A stretch of DNA of 62,337 nucleotides, counting the filler, from Globobulimina sp. (lineage: Eukaryota): the NCBI GenBank assembly GCA_003354225.1. It is 29 parts of 29 records of this genome, joined end to end, with 100 filler letters (N's around TTAATTAATTAA, not from the genome) between each part and the next. Parts side by side here need not be neighbours in the genome. Positions count along the whole stretch, not along the records: positions 23,703 to 25,755 come from PIVH01009406.1; positions 25,856 to 27,908 come from PIVH01009407.1; positions 28,009 to 30,061 come from PIVH01009408.1; positions 30,162 to 32,214 come from PIVH01009409.1; positions 32,315 to 34,367 come from PIVH01009410.1; positions 34,468 to 36,520 come from PIVH01009411.1; positions 36,621 to 38,673 come from PIVH01009412.1; 22 more parts are not named here. One strand, 5' to 3'. The position numbers and the translations under genes were made by a program. Below the pieces are notes generated by a model, which saw nothing but the letters and a program-made list of their open reading frames with translations, made no database searches and was not told the origin of the DNA. Below are positions 23,851 through 37,155 of the stretch, one piece after another. Numbering within the stretch: position 1 is the first letter of the stretch; every line of letters begins with the position of its first letter.

Positions 23851-25755
23851 ATGTTGAATGTAAAGTTATCAGCTATTCCCAATAAAACAGAAACAATCTA
23901 CTCATTCATTTGTGATTGTAAATATCAAGAGGTTGTAGATCTATTACTAAGTGAATTGACGACATCAACAAACAATCAATCGCGAGCATTATTATCATTG
24001 ATAGCATATTGTTATTATCATTTACAAGATTTTGAATGCGCAGCAAATTATTATGAAAAATTAACCAAATATTATCCATATGTTGAAGAATACAGAGTAT
24101 ATTATGTTCAATGTTTATGTAAAGCTGGATTATACGATGAAGCATTTAGAACATCACAATCATCATACATTATTTCACCAAAATACCAGCAACAAATGTT
24201 ATTTATGAGAGCGTCAATAAAGTACGAAATCGATGATCTTAACGGTTGTTTATCAATTTTAAATTCACACAACACCGAAAACAAAGAGAACAGCGACCAA
24301 TCAAACATAGAATATATGATCGGGAAAGGCTGCACTTTGTTTAAAGAGGACAAATTCAGTCAAGCCAAGAAACTCTTTCTTTCCGCTCAGAATATTATTG
24401 GCTTTCGACCTGATTTAGCATACAACATTGCAGTTTCTCATTATATGCTAAAAAATTATGATGAAATGGATAAAATTATAGAAGATATTATCTCGAAGGG
24501 AGCTAAAAAAAATCCAAATTTATCTGTAGGTTCAGGCTCGAATCTACCGACTGGTGTAAATATAAAATCTGTCGGAATTACACATGCATTGAAACAAACT
24601 TCTTTGATCGAAGCATTTAATTTGAAGATCGCAAAAGAATATCAATTAGAAAAGTTTGCAGATGCAACTGCTTCGTTATATGGTATGCCTCCAAGAGAAG
24701 AATCTGAATTAGATCATGTAACTTTGCATAATAGCGCTTTATTGGAATTATTAGAAGCGAGCAGCGTGAATGAAGGGTTTCGAAAATTAAATTTTTTAAT
24801 CACACAACAAACCTTTCCTCCAGAAACATTTCAAAATTTATTAATTTCCTATATTAAGCATGATTTGTATGATTTGGCAGCAGATGTATTAGCAGAAAAT
24901 GCACATTTACACGAATTATATTTAGATAATGAATTATATGACTTATTGGACGCGATAATCAGTGCACCAACAGCAGCTCCAACATCTACAAACAATACAG
25001 AAAAATTTCGTAATTTAGGAAATAGGCACATTGAAAACTTACGAAATTTAACAAAAAAATTAAATGAATCGAAAGAAAGTGGCGACACACAAAGGATGAA
25101 AGAAACAGTGAATGAGTATTTATTATCATTGGAGAAATATATACAAGTTTTAATGTATGAAGCAGATATTTATTGGAAACAGGACAAATACGCAGAGATA
25201 CAATTATTATTTGAAAAATCAAGAGAATTTTGTGATGCGCACGATATTTGGAAATTAAATTATGCGCACACTTTGTTTATGAAAGAAACATCAGAATCGT
25301 TTAATGAATGCATCAGTTTGTATGAAAATATTGTAAAAAAATGTGGTGACTCATCAATATTAAATGTAACCGCCATGGTTTTAGCAAATTTGTGCGTTGC
25401 ATATATTATGACTTCACAAAACGAAGAAGCGGAAGAATTAATGAGACAAATTGAACACGAAGAAGAAAGACAAAATAATAATAATAATAATAATAATTTG
25501 TATCATTTATGTATTGTCAATTTAGTGATTGGTACACTTTATTGCTGTAAACAAAATTATGTATTTGGTATACAAAGAATTCTGAAATCATTAGAACCGT
25601 TAAATAAAAAATTATCGCCGGATACGTGGTATCATACTAAAAGGTGTTTACTATCATATTTACAGATGTTGTCAAAGCAAATTTATTTATTAACATCGGA
25701 GACGGAAAATGAAATTATTCAATTTTTAGATAAAGTGGAAGAAGTCGGTGTTGAT
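23851..25755 (+). CDS. IFT70: Intraflagellar transport protein IFT70 / TTC30 / DYF-1
   Basis: TPR protein with EAFNLK, MPPREESELD.VTLHN, FPPETFQNLL, AADVLAEN, VLANLCVAYIMTSQNEEAEELMR, HLCIVNLVIGTLYC. Confidence 0.95.
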
Positions 25756-25855
25756 NNNNNNNNNNNNNNNNNNNNNNNNNNNNNNNNNNNNNNNNNNNNT
25801 TAATTAATTAANNNNNNNNNNNNNNNNNNNNNNNNNNNNNNNNNNNNNNNNNNNN

Positions 25856-27784
25856 TACATATTTCATGGGAAAACCATAGTATTGATATAATCTTTGGAT
25901 TAAAATATCATATTTCACCGAAGGGAAATCTTGCGCGATATCAGAAAATATGGCATATGTTGGAATCTGTCGGTTCCATTGCTGTTTAATGTCATTAATC
26001 ATTAATATAACTATATCGCGCGTCGATTTTCCCTTCATATTGGTAGTATTATTGGGATGAATTACGTCACAATCTATGACAAATTCAAGTCCTTTATATA
26101 ACAAACAAAGCTCATACAGCTTCTTTATCGATCCATTGAGTGAGATCTCACGATAATTATTTACAATATGATGATCACGTTTTGGTTTTGGGATCGCTGA
26201 GATATATGTTATTTTGTGTATTCTTGGAAAGTACTCAAACGTGAAAAAGATATTCAAATATTTTACCAGAAACTGTACAATATACGGATCTAAATACAAT
26301 AACAATTTAATATGTATACCTATGCCGTGATTGCAGTGTTTATTCATAATTCGCAAAAGATACCGAACTAAATACGCATTTATGGGTTTATTGATGTTCT
26401 TCGTGGCTCGTTTATGTTTATAGTCATTACGAATGAGTCTGGGATTATTTATAGCATTCCCTGGCAATCTATGCGAAATATTACGTATTACTTCATGACA
26501 ATCATAAATATTATCCATCAATGGAATAGTTTTAAATTGTATACGTGGCAGTGGTTTGTATCTAATATGCAATAAATCACGATGGCAAAATTTGAGTACA
26601 AATATATTTGCTTTGCTATGATTATTATGTACGAATATCGTTGATCCTGACTTCGTATTTTTATGTATAAGATAAGGAATGTGATGTTTGCGCGTTGCCA
26701 ACTTACCAATTTTACGCAAATATCGCATTGATTTATACACATCGCGGTCTCCATTGATAGTTAAGGTTATATTCTGTCGCAATTTATGTTTCTTTGCTTG
26801 TTTACACATATATCGCAAAGTGTTTCTGTCTTTTTTATAAATAGCACGCATAGTTTGTCTTAAATTCAAATCCGAACAAGACAGCCAATCACGTTTCAAT
26901 TTCGCCACATGATTACTATAATTTATTATGTCATCATTACACCAAATTTGTCGATATCGATAAGTACGTTTACGGATTTTACCAATATATTTTGTGGCGT
27001 TTTTATGAATTAAACAGTAAAACCTATGCGATATACTATCAATATCTGTATAATTCGTGATATTTAAGCCATCAATGCATTGTTCCAACTCTTTTAGTGC
27101 TTGAATTGTATGAAACTTATACGAATTCAAATTCTTTGGATTACGGAAACGATAATTAACATTGTTCACAGAAAAACGGCCCAAATCAGTGGTATCTGAC
27201 CGGATGAAATCACATTCACTCAAAGTTATAATAGAAAATAAGATATAATGATCAGAGATATGTAGTGATGAATCATCACTATTTACACAATTTATTATAT
27301 AATTATCACAATGTTTGATTAATTTATCAGAAACTAAATGTAAATCAATAACATTACCTTTTGTGTGCGTGGGTATACGCCGTGTATTGACTACAGAAAC
27401 ATGTTTTGTATCAATTATCTCTGACAGCCATTTAAATTCCGCTCTATCGACTTTATCGTAATATTGGTGATCAATTTTCGAATATAATTCATTATGGATA
27501 TTAAAGTCGCCACAAAAGATAAAGGAGCGAATGATTTTCTTTGTGTATATCAGCGACTTTCCATCCCATCGCCTTTGTTTATAATGACACACAATATAAT
27601 TAAGAATATATTTAAATATCTTCAAATCCGGAATCAAATAGGTCCGATTCTGCGAACGATAATAAGATCCAAACAATACTGACTCTGTTACAGCTAATAT
27701 GGGCGAAGGATGTATAATAAACCACACAGAATAATGGCCATTCTCATGTGTCAAATCAGCCATATCCACCAAATCACCAATCAT
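25856..27784 (-). mobile_element. Non-LTR retrotransposon ORF2: APE endonuclease + start of reverse transcriptase
   Basis: CGDFNIH, PTH..GNVIDL, SDH (APE); IPKP...NNYREISL...KLYE and AIFSDIAQDFPSV (RT). Intronless. Confidence 0.88.
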
Positions 27785-28179
27785 ATCGCGTTTATTGGGG
27801 CGATAGACCCTTATTCGATGTTAATTTAAATTTTAATGAAAATAGTAGAAATAGTATATAGTCCTAATTTTTAAAAAAAAATAAAAAAAAATAGTTTTTT
27901 TCGATTTTNNNNNNNNNNNNNNNNNNNNNNNNNNNNNNNNNNNNNNNNNNNNTTAATTAATTAANNNNNNNNNNNNNNNNNNNNNNNNNNNNNNNNNNNN
28001 NNNNNNNNCAAAATAAACCAATCATTCCTAAAAACCATGTATAATATTCATAATTTAATGCGATTTCATTATCGAAAACACACCGAAGTAATACACAAAT
28101 GTTCCAGTACAAAGCAACAAAAATTATCCAAATAATTGTGATCGCTTCGAAACTTATTCCTTTCACAGTGGATGATTCG

Positions 28180-29437
28180 ACTATGTTCCCAGCTGCCTCT
28201 TCATTTCCCTTTTATCTGCAAATCTACGCAAATATCGTTTGACAAAGTAACCCGACCATGACCTCTCTAATAACAATGATTTCCTGTTGTTTGTATATAT
28301 GTTGTTTACCAAATAAAATAACATAGACACATCGCAGAAATAAATGGACAAAAAGTACTTCAGAAATATTTTAATGTGACGAATTTAAAAAATATACAAA
28401 ACAATATCAGAAATATTTTAATGTGACTTCAGAAATATTTTAATATAGTCATAACATACCAAACAATATCAATCCATAAAATAATTTCGTGTTTATAAGA
28501 CTGCGTAATTAACACCACAAATATTACCGGCGCATCAGTCACCAAATCCAATAGAAATAAGTGAGCAGAGACACTTTGCGCATAACTCCTCGTTCCCCAT
28601 CGCTTCATAAACATCATCGGCCCCATCCACCCAATCAACGCGATGCCGACAATTAAAAAATAAATGATGTCCACAGACTGTGGCTGCGTGATAATGAACG
28701 AAACAGTACACGACCAGATGATATCCGTCCATTTCAGTACGAAGGCGCGAACAGCCATTATTGGATGGAAAGTTCTGAAGCGATTATAAAAAAATAAGGA
28801 GGACCAAAATATATGAATGATGTGCAACACTAAGCGACTCAAATTGGTGTTGTATTGCACGTCAATGCTGTCGCCTAAGTCCACTGTGACTGAGATATAA
28901 ACCAAAACAAAACAATCAATAATCACCGTCGAAGTCAATAAGGCCGCCGGCCATCGGCCCATACCATTGATTTCAAATCGATTCTCTCGCGTCGCGCCAG
29001 AGGGATAATGGCCAATTCGTATCATATATGCCGTTGAAAACATAGCCATAAAACCAAAGCCCCAAATAATAACTCCCCAGAGATTGGCCAGGAAGTCCTG
29101 TTGCACTACGATGGGAATCCAGGTTAAGACAGTCCAGTATAGAAATGTGTAAATTAACCACAAAACGGCTCCCTTGGATTCATTTTCACCTAATATTGAG
29201 CCTTCAACTTCGATGGTTTTTCTTCGTTCGTGTATGGCTGATGCCATGTTATCGATATCGATGACATTGTCATTTTCATGCATTGTATTATTTGTTTCTA
29301 GACTGATTACTTGTGTTTGATTATCCGTTTCTGGCACAGAAAATTGCGGAACTGGCATGGGTTGGTTTGCGGTATGCGTTGGTGGTGCATGGTGACCATT
29401 GTGATGACCATTTGGTTCCATCGTTTGGGGATCCATT
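28180..29437 (-). CDS. Multi-pass membrane protein, unknown family
   Basis: About 8 hydrophobic segments. Probable last intron ~28285-28459. Confidence 0.65.
28357..28445. repeat. Short direct repeats (CAGAAATATTTTTAAT) x3 in an intron
   Basis: Copies at ~28361, ~28408 and ~28429. Confidence 0.7.
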
Positions 29438-29595
29438 CTCATTTTAATTTATATAACTTTTAAAGTTATGTTATTGTACTCACTTTTGTATGGTTTATGT
29501 TTTGTATGTTTTAGGTTTTAGTTAGTAAGTATGGTTCGTGTAAAATTTAAGTTTTAACTGTTTAAAAAAAAAAAAATTTTACATAAAACTGGATA

Positions 29596-30061
29596 ATGGC
29601 TGAAGCCAAAAAGGAAGACAAGCGAGAAAAAGTAGAGAAAGACGATAAACTGATATTAAGTGATGATGAATGGAAAGAAAAGCTATCAAAGGAGGAATAT
29701 AATGTATTAAGATTAAAACATACGGAGCCTGGTGATAACCGAGGATACAGCAAAAAATATCCAAAGAATGGTTATTTTGTTTGCAAAGCATGCGGCAATC
29801 CTTTGTATTCATATGCTGCAAAATTTGATTCTGGATGTATGTGTTGAATATTTTGCTGAATCATATATTAATAATTACTCACTGTTTAATGTAATATGTC
29901 GTTCTAAGGTGGATGGCCAGCATTCGATAAATGTTTCAAGAATTCAGTGAAAACATTAATTGATTGCGATGGTCGTCGAATTGAAATATTATGTAATGTA
30001 TGTGATGGACATTTAGGACATGTATTTGTGCGAGAAAATTTTGGTAACAAATCAAGGAGTG
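29596..30061 (+). CDS. msrB: Peptide methionine-R-sulfoxide reductase (3' truncated)
   Basis: WKEKLS.EEY.VLR..HTE, CKACGNPLY, KFDSGCGWPAF (intron 29837-29908), EILCNVCDGHLGHVF. Confidence 0.93.
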
Positions 30062-30568
30062 NNNNNNNNNNNNNNNNNNNNNNNNNNNNNNNNNNNNNNN
30101 NNNNNTTAATTAATTAANNNNNNNNNNNNNNNNNNNNNNNNNNNNNNNNNNNNNNNNNNNNTTGCGGAGGGCTGGCAGCGTTGTCACAAATTCCGGGGGT
30201 TGAGGCAGTCATATCTGCAGTAATTACATCATCATCATCAATGAAATGCATACTGACGCCTTGGTGCTCAATCTGAAACATTTCCTCCTGCTCTGCTTCA
30301 TTTATATTGGAGAAGTTTGGATCATATTGCGGTATGCCTTCAATATGATCATTATGCAGCGTGTACATGACACATAACGAGATTATATTGGAAATGAAAT
30401 TGCGGTCATTGGGGCTGGTGTAGTATTCTGCGCCTTCGCTGAACTTTTGTATATGTTTTATACGATCTGAGATGATTTGGCGGTGTTTCTCGCACAATTT
30501 TTTCTTTGGTGCATAGCCTCTTAGGATAAAGTGTTGATCAGCGTATGACACGCTACAGTGCGCGTTTT

Positions 30569-30991
30569 TCAGTGCAAATATGACTGGTCTGTGATCTGTG
30601 AGTCAATGGCACTTAACGCATCAGTCATAACATAGTCTATTATGGAGCCGCCAGCGTGGGCTGTGTCTTTGGAAAGGCAGGTTAGGAAATGCGGGGCGAA
30701 TATCGGATTGGCAATCCGTAGTTTGGTTTTATTCAACAGTGACTTCATATGTGGTTTGTGCGAATTGGTATTATGGTCAGTGGATTGGGCACCGAGTCTT
30801 GCATTGAAATCGCCGAGGACAAAGATATTTTCGCAGTTTGGCTTCATGCGTTGGATATCAGCGGTTAAGGTGTTATAGAATTTACTGCTGCGATTAGCAA
30901 GGCTGGCTTTGTATGGGCGTACGTAGTTTATTGCAAGGTAAGTGGGTTTGGTGTTGGTATCAAGTTCAATTGAGAGCCATATCGTGTTCAT
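30569..30991 (-). mobile_element. APE-type endonuclease fragment of a non-LTR retroelement
   Basis: IWLSI, NYVRP, VLGDFNARLG, GSIIDY. Truncated at both ends. Confidence 0.72.
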
Positions 30992-31891
30992 ATGAATTTA
31001 ATCGTATTGTGTACAAATTTGCTGAGATCAGCATTGAACTGATTTATCGCGGTCATGGCAGTGTTTTGCAGAGAATGAATAACATCGGCTGAACTTGGGT
31101 CGGTATTTTTTAGGTATTTTTTAAGTATTTTTCACTAACTAGACATGTTAGCTTGAGTTCTGAAGAAGCAGTATCTACATAGTGATTGGCATGACAATAG
31201 CGCCATCATTTGCTGCTAGACTGTCATTATTGCATTAAAAGAGACTAATTGCATTTGAGATTTCCAAAATAATTCTCAATGTGAGATTGCAATTTTAAAT
31301 CGTTGAACTTGCACTTTGTTTCTCAAATAAAATAATACTGTTACACTTGCATTTTAAATCCTTGCACTTGCACTTGCACTCTATATTATAGAAAACATAT
31401 TGTTACAAAATAAATAATTAATAAGGTTACAAGTAAATAGGCCTCTCCGATAATGTGTGTTCCGGAGTTCAGTCTGGCCAGGCAGACTCAGAAATCCTCC
31501 GTAGCCAAAACTGCCGGACGATGTGTTAATGCTGCAAATTTTTTTCTGTTCAAAAAGTTTTTTCATTTTATTCAGCAAACTTATCAAACAGCTTGCATTC
31601 GCTATGCCTATTTAAACTGCAGCAGATTCATTTTTGTTACTTTTTTATATTTAGATTCTTGCAAAACAAACAAAACAAAATATGATGATTGGGATTTGAA
31701 CCCAAATTATCTTAATAAGATATGCTTGATCTCGTTAATCATCATCACAAAAAATTAGATGGAATGGGATGACACATGTGTCATTTTTGTGAAATAGGAT
31801 TCATGCATCATGCACCAATTCTCATTTATCTATATACGTATTGTTTTCATGTGTGGCTAGCTGTTAAATATTAATATATGTTTGTGTTTCT

Positions 31892-32090
31892 TGGCTGTGG
31901 ATTGCCACTCAAAGTATCATTATTTTTTCGTTTTTTGTTTTGTGGCTATGGATTGCCACCAAATAATTTATTCAAATATCATTTTATTGGTGTTGATGTG
32001 CTATGGATTGCCACCTTGGCGTTGCTTCAATTAAATCCCATTTAAATCAATGTATGCGTGCTGTTTTTGTAGCTGTTGAATATTGCCACA
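31892..32090. repeat. Dispersed GCT(A/G)TGGATTGCCAC repeats (3 + 1 degenerate)
   Basis: Copies at ~31893, ~31944, ~32000 and ~32072. Confidence 0.6.
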
Positions 32091-32859
32091 AATGAAATCT
32101 TCAATAAATTTAAACCATTCCCATCCATTTATAATCCATTTGTCACAATGTGTGACTTTTCAAACTGAATGCAAAAAAGAAGTTAGTTCAAAAAGTTTTT
32201 TAAAATTTGCAGCANNNNNNNNNNNNNNNNNNNNNNNNNNNNNNNNNNNNNNNNNNNNTTAATTAATTAANNNNNNNNNNNNNNNNNNNNNNNNNNNNNN
32301 NNNNNNNNNNNNNNCCAAAAATATTGAAATATGTTGGATGGAAACCTGCAAATCTCCCTCATGTGTCTTACCTATATATGAGATACAAAGAGGATGATTT
32401 TATAATATTTATTAGAGAATTGTTACATGGATCTACTGAAATTAATGAGAAATCATTCAGTATTAATGTCGGACAAATATTTGATCCCTGGGCAAATCAG
32501 GTAAATTATGATAACTGGTAATACCTAATGGTTACCAACAATTCTCCCTACAAATAATGATTTTAGTAATATCCAACAACAATTTTAGTAATATCAAATA
32601 ATGATTAACTTCCAATGCGATATTACCCAAACTTATAAATTTTATTTTCCACTTTGTTCCTTTTTAAATTCCTTTAACGGCCACAGGTTTTAAAAAGATA
32701 AAATTCAGCCTACGGGGAACGGGGGGTTTTATTCTGGATTTTGGTTTATTTTAAACCACAAATCATAATTATTGATTGGTCCGTGTTCCAATTAATAACT
32801 TCTAATATTAAATTTAAATATTAATACCCGTTTCTCCCGTTTGATGAATAAAAGCCTTT

Positions 32860-33350
32860 CATCTCAAACAATCAACACTTGATATTAAAATCGGTAAAAT
32901 ATGTTGTGGCGTGTATCATAATGTATTATTGTCATTAAATAACAAAGTTTTGATCTTTTTGTGTTGTGTTTATTTATTTTTATATTGTTTTGCATCTACA
33001 AATAATAAATAAATAAGATATATTGTTTTGGAAGGAATGGTAGGTTTCAATGTGGCAATGGTTCAAATGAAAATGTATATTTACCACAACCAAATGAAAC
33101 ATTAAAAAAGGAGACAATTATTGATATTAAGTGTGGTGGACATCATAATATTGTTAAAACAGTGGATAACAAATATTATTTATGGGGAGATAATGAATAT
33201 AATCAATGTTTACATGTTCATGATGCTAATTCGCCAGAATGTATTACGAAACCATTATTATTTAATTCTTATTATTTTGATAAAGATCAAGAAATACTTG
33301 AAATGTATGCAGGATGGAATGAAACACGAATAATAATTTGTAAAATTTAA
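32860..33350 (+). CDS. RCC1-repeat protein, 3' portion
   Basis: KICCGVYHNVLL, intron 32947-33017, then IYCFGRN..FQCG, IIDIKCGGHHNI, YLWGDNEYNQC. Confidence 0.8.
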
Positions 33351-34467
33351 ATGAAGATGAAAAACAAAGTGACATTTGAAACACCAATTTTTGTATTTTC
33401 GTTTCTTGTTTTTTCGTTTCAAGCGAACACATCAAATGCGTTGGATGAGTGTTATAAAGCAACATCATGAAACAATGCGATATTACCCATTAAAATGATA
33501 TATATTTCGTCTGGTACCATCCATGTCCATTGATACCATGCCTTCATACCATGAGACTTTGTTGGCATGCATGCATTTGTTGTTTCTGACTGCGGAGTCC
33601 GTGGCAATGATGCAACCCAATGCAATCATAGTACGTGCGACACATATGAGATGTCAATACGATATGGCAGGATTTGGAGAAGGGAGATGGTGAAAGCAGA
33701 GGCATGCAATATAGCAGAAACTGATGATTAGTTTCATCCCTTTTCCATACAATGAGTAACTGGAGAAGCTGATGACACGTACGTCTAGAAAAGGGCGGGG
33801 CGTTTTACTCCGCAAATCCCAATCCGCCGGCTTGTTGTTGCCTATTATCACTCTCAACGCGGCAGCTCATTTGCTTGGACACTGGCCCCGTTTTTCGGTT
33901 TCAAGGCCACTGTTTATGCTCACCTCCGGGTGGTAGCGAGCTCGAAGTAGAGTGTGTTTGGTCCCTGGCCGGCTATATATGATCATCCCTTTGCTTTCAC
34001 ATCACCAGACACTATGTTACTGTGCTTGCTTTGTGATTGGTTTTGTTGCATTAATCGATATCCTTCGCCATCACGGATCAACGTATGAACATAAGTTAGC
34101 ATTACACATAAAAAGCAATGAAATAATACCAGACAATTTAGAAAATGCAAATGAATCCTTCTTACATAAATGCCTAACTATCAACGACAATATATTTGGA
34201 TTTATTAATTTCATCATCGTTATTACCGCCTCGTTATTTATGTTATTTACAATTTATAATAACAACAATGATGAATCGCAATGGACGCAGCAATTCATCA
34301 TATTCTTATGTTCCATGATTATAATCCCGATCTTATTTATAATAATTCGAATGAATATAATTATTTTNNNNNNNNNNNNNNNNNNNNNNNNNNNNNNNNN
34401 NNNNNNNNNNNTTAATTAATTAANNNNNNNNNNNNNNNNNNNNNNNNNNNNNNNNNNNNNNNNNNNN

Positions 34468-34871
34468 GCTGGGTATAGATGCCCGGGATGACGATCTGCC
34501 TGAGCCATTTAAACCATATACGTTGCAGTCGTTTGATGAATAAAACAATGCAAAACAATCACCACCGAGTCCGGTCGAACAGGGCTCAGTCACTGCTAAT
34601 GCTGCATTCATTGCGATGCATGCTTAATTTTTGATGTTTTTGTTTTTTGTTTGGGTTTATGTATATATGCATAGAAAATACCATCAACTGCATTTCCGTT
34701 TTGTTTTAATATGGATTGTCCAATTTGAGAAACAAGAGGTTGTGAGGAGGCAACCATGCCATATCTAGATAATACTGGAGAGCGACGAGAATGAAAATAA
34801 ATATTCTTGGATTGCAATTGTTCATTGTTGATGCCATCAAAAGCAGATTTGCTATTTTTAAAGTGTGACAT
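34468..34871 (-). CDS. ggt: Gamma-glutamyltransferase, N-terminus
   Basis: [21 protein letters not shown] (intron 34623-34681), [20 protein letters not shown]. Confidence 0.92.
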
Positions 34872-34946
34872 TTAAATTGTTAACGTTTAATATCAAATTA
34901 TTATTAAAACATTTTAGGGATCTGTGAAAACCTTACAAGTAAAGTA

Positions 34947-36204
34947 CTAATTGTCATTCCGTGATCGTGAACGTGATCTTGATCTTGAAATACATCTATT
35001 TTTGCTTTTCTTTACGTAACGTTCTCTTGACCGTGCGCGTGAAACACGATTATTATCCGATGAGAAATTAGATCCTGATAAAGATGATATAGATGACACA
35101 GATGACAATGAAGTTAAATCAGAGAATGAAGCTGTTTCACCAACATTTTTCTCATCCATATCCATATGATCGCTTTCACTCAAAACGGGATTTAATTTCA
35201 TTTCACATTGCTTATTTTTCAACTGATAACATTTACAATGGACAATTTCCAAATGGTTCGCCTCCGGGCCAGCTGCAGTTGCATCAGTACTGCCATCCGA
35301 ATAACACGCATTCGACAAAACCCATTCATCATTTTCAGCCAAATACACTTTGTTTCTTTTCCCAAATTCCTCCATACAAATTGCACAAACTATTTTCTCT
35401 GAAATGTCTTTGAGCAAAATCTGCGATTCTTTGTAACTAATATTTTCATTCAGATTTGAATCCATTTTAAATAATTTATGTACGATATCCTTATCATCAA
35501 TTAAGTCGTTCAAAGTGTCAAATAAGTCACTTATTTGTTGATTGAAGTCGATATCATTCCCATTACATTTCATGTTATGCTTTCTCCAATGATTTGTGAC
35601 GCATTGTTTGCTGCAATAATAATATGTCACACTGCATAGGTCACAAACACGCAAACTTTGAAACTTATTCAATGTCAAATTCGCATCGCAATTGGAGCAA
35701 ATATCTGTTTTATTTAACAATTTTATGTCAGAGTCAGTGATATTTTTATCATTCTGTGCTGGACCAATTGAGTGCGTATTAATCCTTTATGCAATTGCAA
35801 ATTAGTCAAAAAGTAGTTATATATCTGCAGATATTTAACATTTTGGGAGATTGATGATTATAATTCAAATTATAATCGCAATAAGACAAAACAACACAAT
35901 CTTGGGTCAATAATTTAAACTGTTGGCATATATCTCCTTCGTTGCAATTGGATAAAATGTTCAAACTGCGGACTAATTCATTTTTAATATGCTGCCATTG
36001 TGCAGCTCGAACATTTTTAGCCACATTCTTTGAAATTTGCACTGGATCTTGCAATAGAAAATATTTTTGATCCTTATGACCTGAAAAAAAATCTAAATGT
36101 TTACGATTTAAACCCTGTGATAACACGGATATTTCGTCCCTATTAACATCAAATTCAAGCGCATAAAAATAAAAGAAACCATATAACAAATCCCCTAAAT
36201 TCAT
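34947..36204 (-). CDS. PAP-associated (Cid1/TUTase-type) region + MYND finger + Pcf11-like zinc finger + RS tail
   Basis: NLGDLLYGFFYFYA.EFD...ISV...LQDP...NVA; putative intron 35785-35839; CSNC..CDLC...YYCSKQC...HW..H..C; CAICMEEF...EWV..NA...IVHCKC; SRSRSRSR. Confidence 0.65.
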
Positions 36205-36620
36205 CTTATTGTCCTTATATAAACATTTTTTCTCAGTTTTGAGATTTCATCAACAGCCAAAACGATATTTGCTGTGAATACTAATTTGAACATTTTCAGA
36301 TCAAATATCGTTTTTAAATATGACTGTAATTTTTGAGCAAAATCTCAAAAAGTAGAATTTTTACATGATGCTCTGATCGATATAACACAGATATTTCTTG
36401 AAAATCCATCGAAAAGACATATATTGGCAATATGGACGGTGTCACGTATTGTAAATATTTAATTGCTAATAAAGTAAAACCAAAAGAATTCAAATAGCCA
36501 CCAAATGCATTATTTATCCCNNNNNNNNNNNNNNNNNNNNNNNNNNNNNNNNNNNNNNNNNNNNTTAATTAATTAANNNNNNNNNNNNNNNNNNNNNNNN
36601 NNNNNNNNNNNNNNNNNNNN

Positions 36621-36941
36621 ACCATACACAGTCAAACAAAAATTACGCCATTCTTTCACCGACTTATTCCCCTTATTATTATTATAATATTTTAACGCAA
36701 AGGCTAAGCGTTGTAAATGTTGACAGTTAGCGATAATATTCGTTGTTGTATCACTTGTATGATTGCAATTCATCTCGGTTTGTTTGAATAGATTTAAATC
36801 AATTTCATAATCATTTGCCTTTGATTCAGCGCAACCAATATGGTCTGGTCTGTGTCCGCTAAGAGTTTCATTTTGTTTATTCTCATTTGTCTCATTTTGT
36901 CTTTCCTCTTTCTTATAATTTGTCTCATTAACACAACCCAT
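36621..36941 (-). CDS. Hypothetical protein N-terminus
   Basis: MGCVNET start. CQHLQRL..ALKYY resembles the ORF at 58138-58367 (CKAIKRVIAGL). Confidence 0.5.
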
Positions 36942-37155
36942 ATTATCTGCAGATCCAACGAAAATAGCAACAAATTTGTTCGCTAATGTTGGCAAACACC
37001 ATGCAAAGTTGCGCTAATGTAGAAGTTGCACTAGTTTTGAGTTTTATTTAATAGAAAAAAGGTAGAATGTTATCCACAGCAAACCCTCACACGAAAGAAA
37101 AGTAAAAAAAAATAATAAAAATAATCATTCTCATATAAATTAATATTGTTCATAT

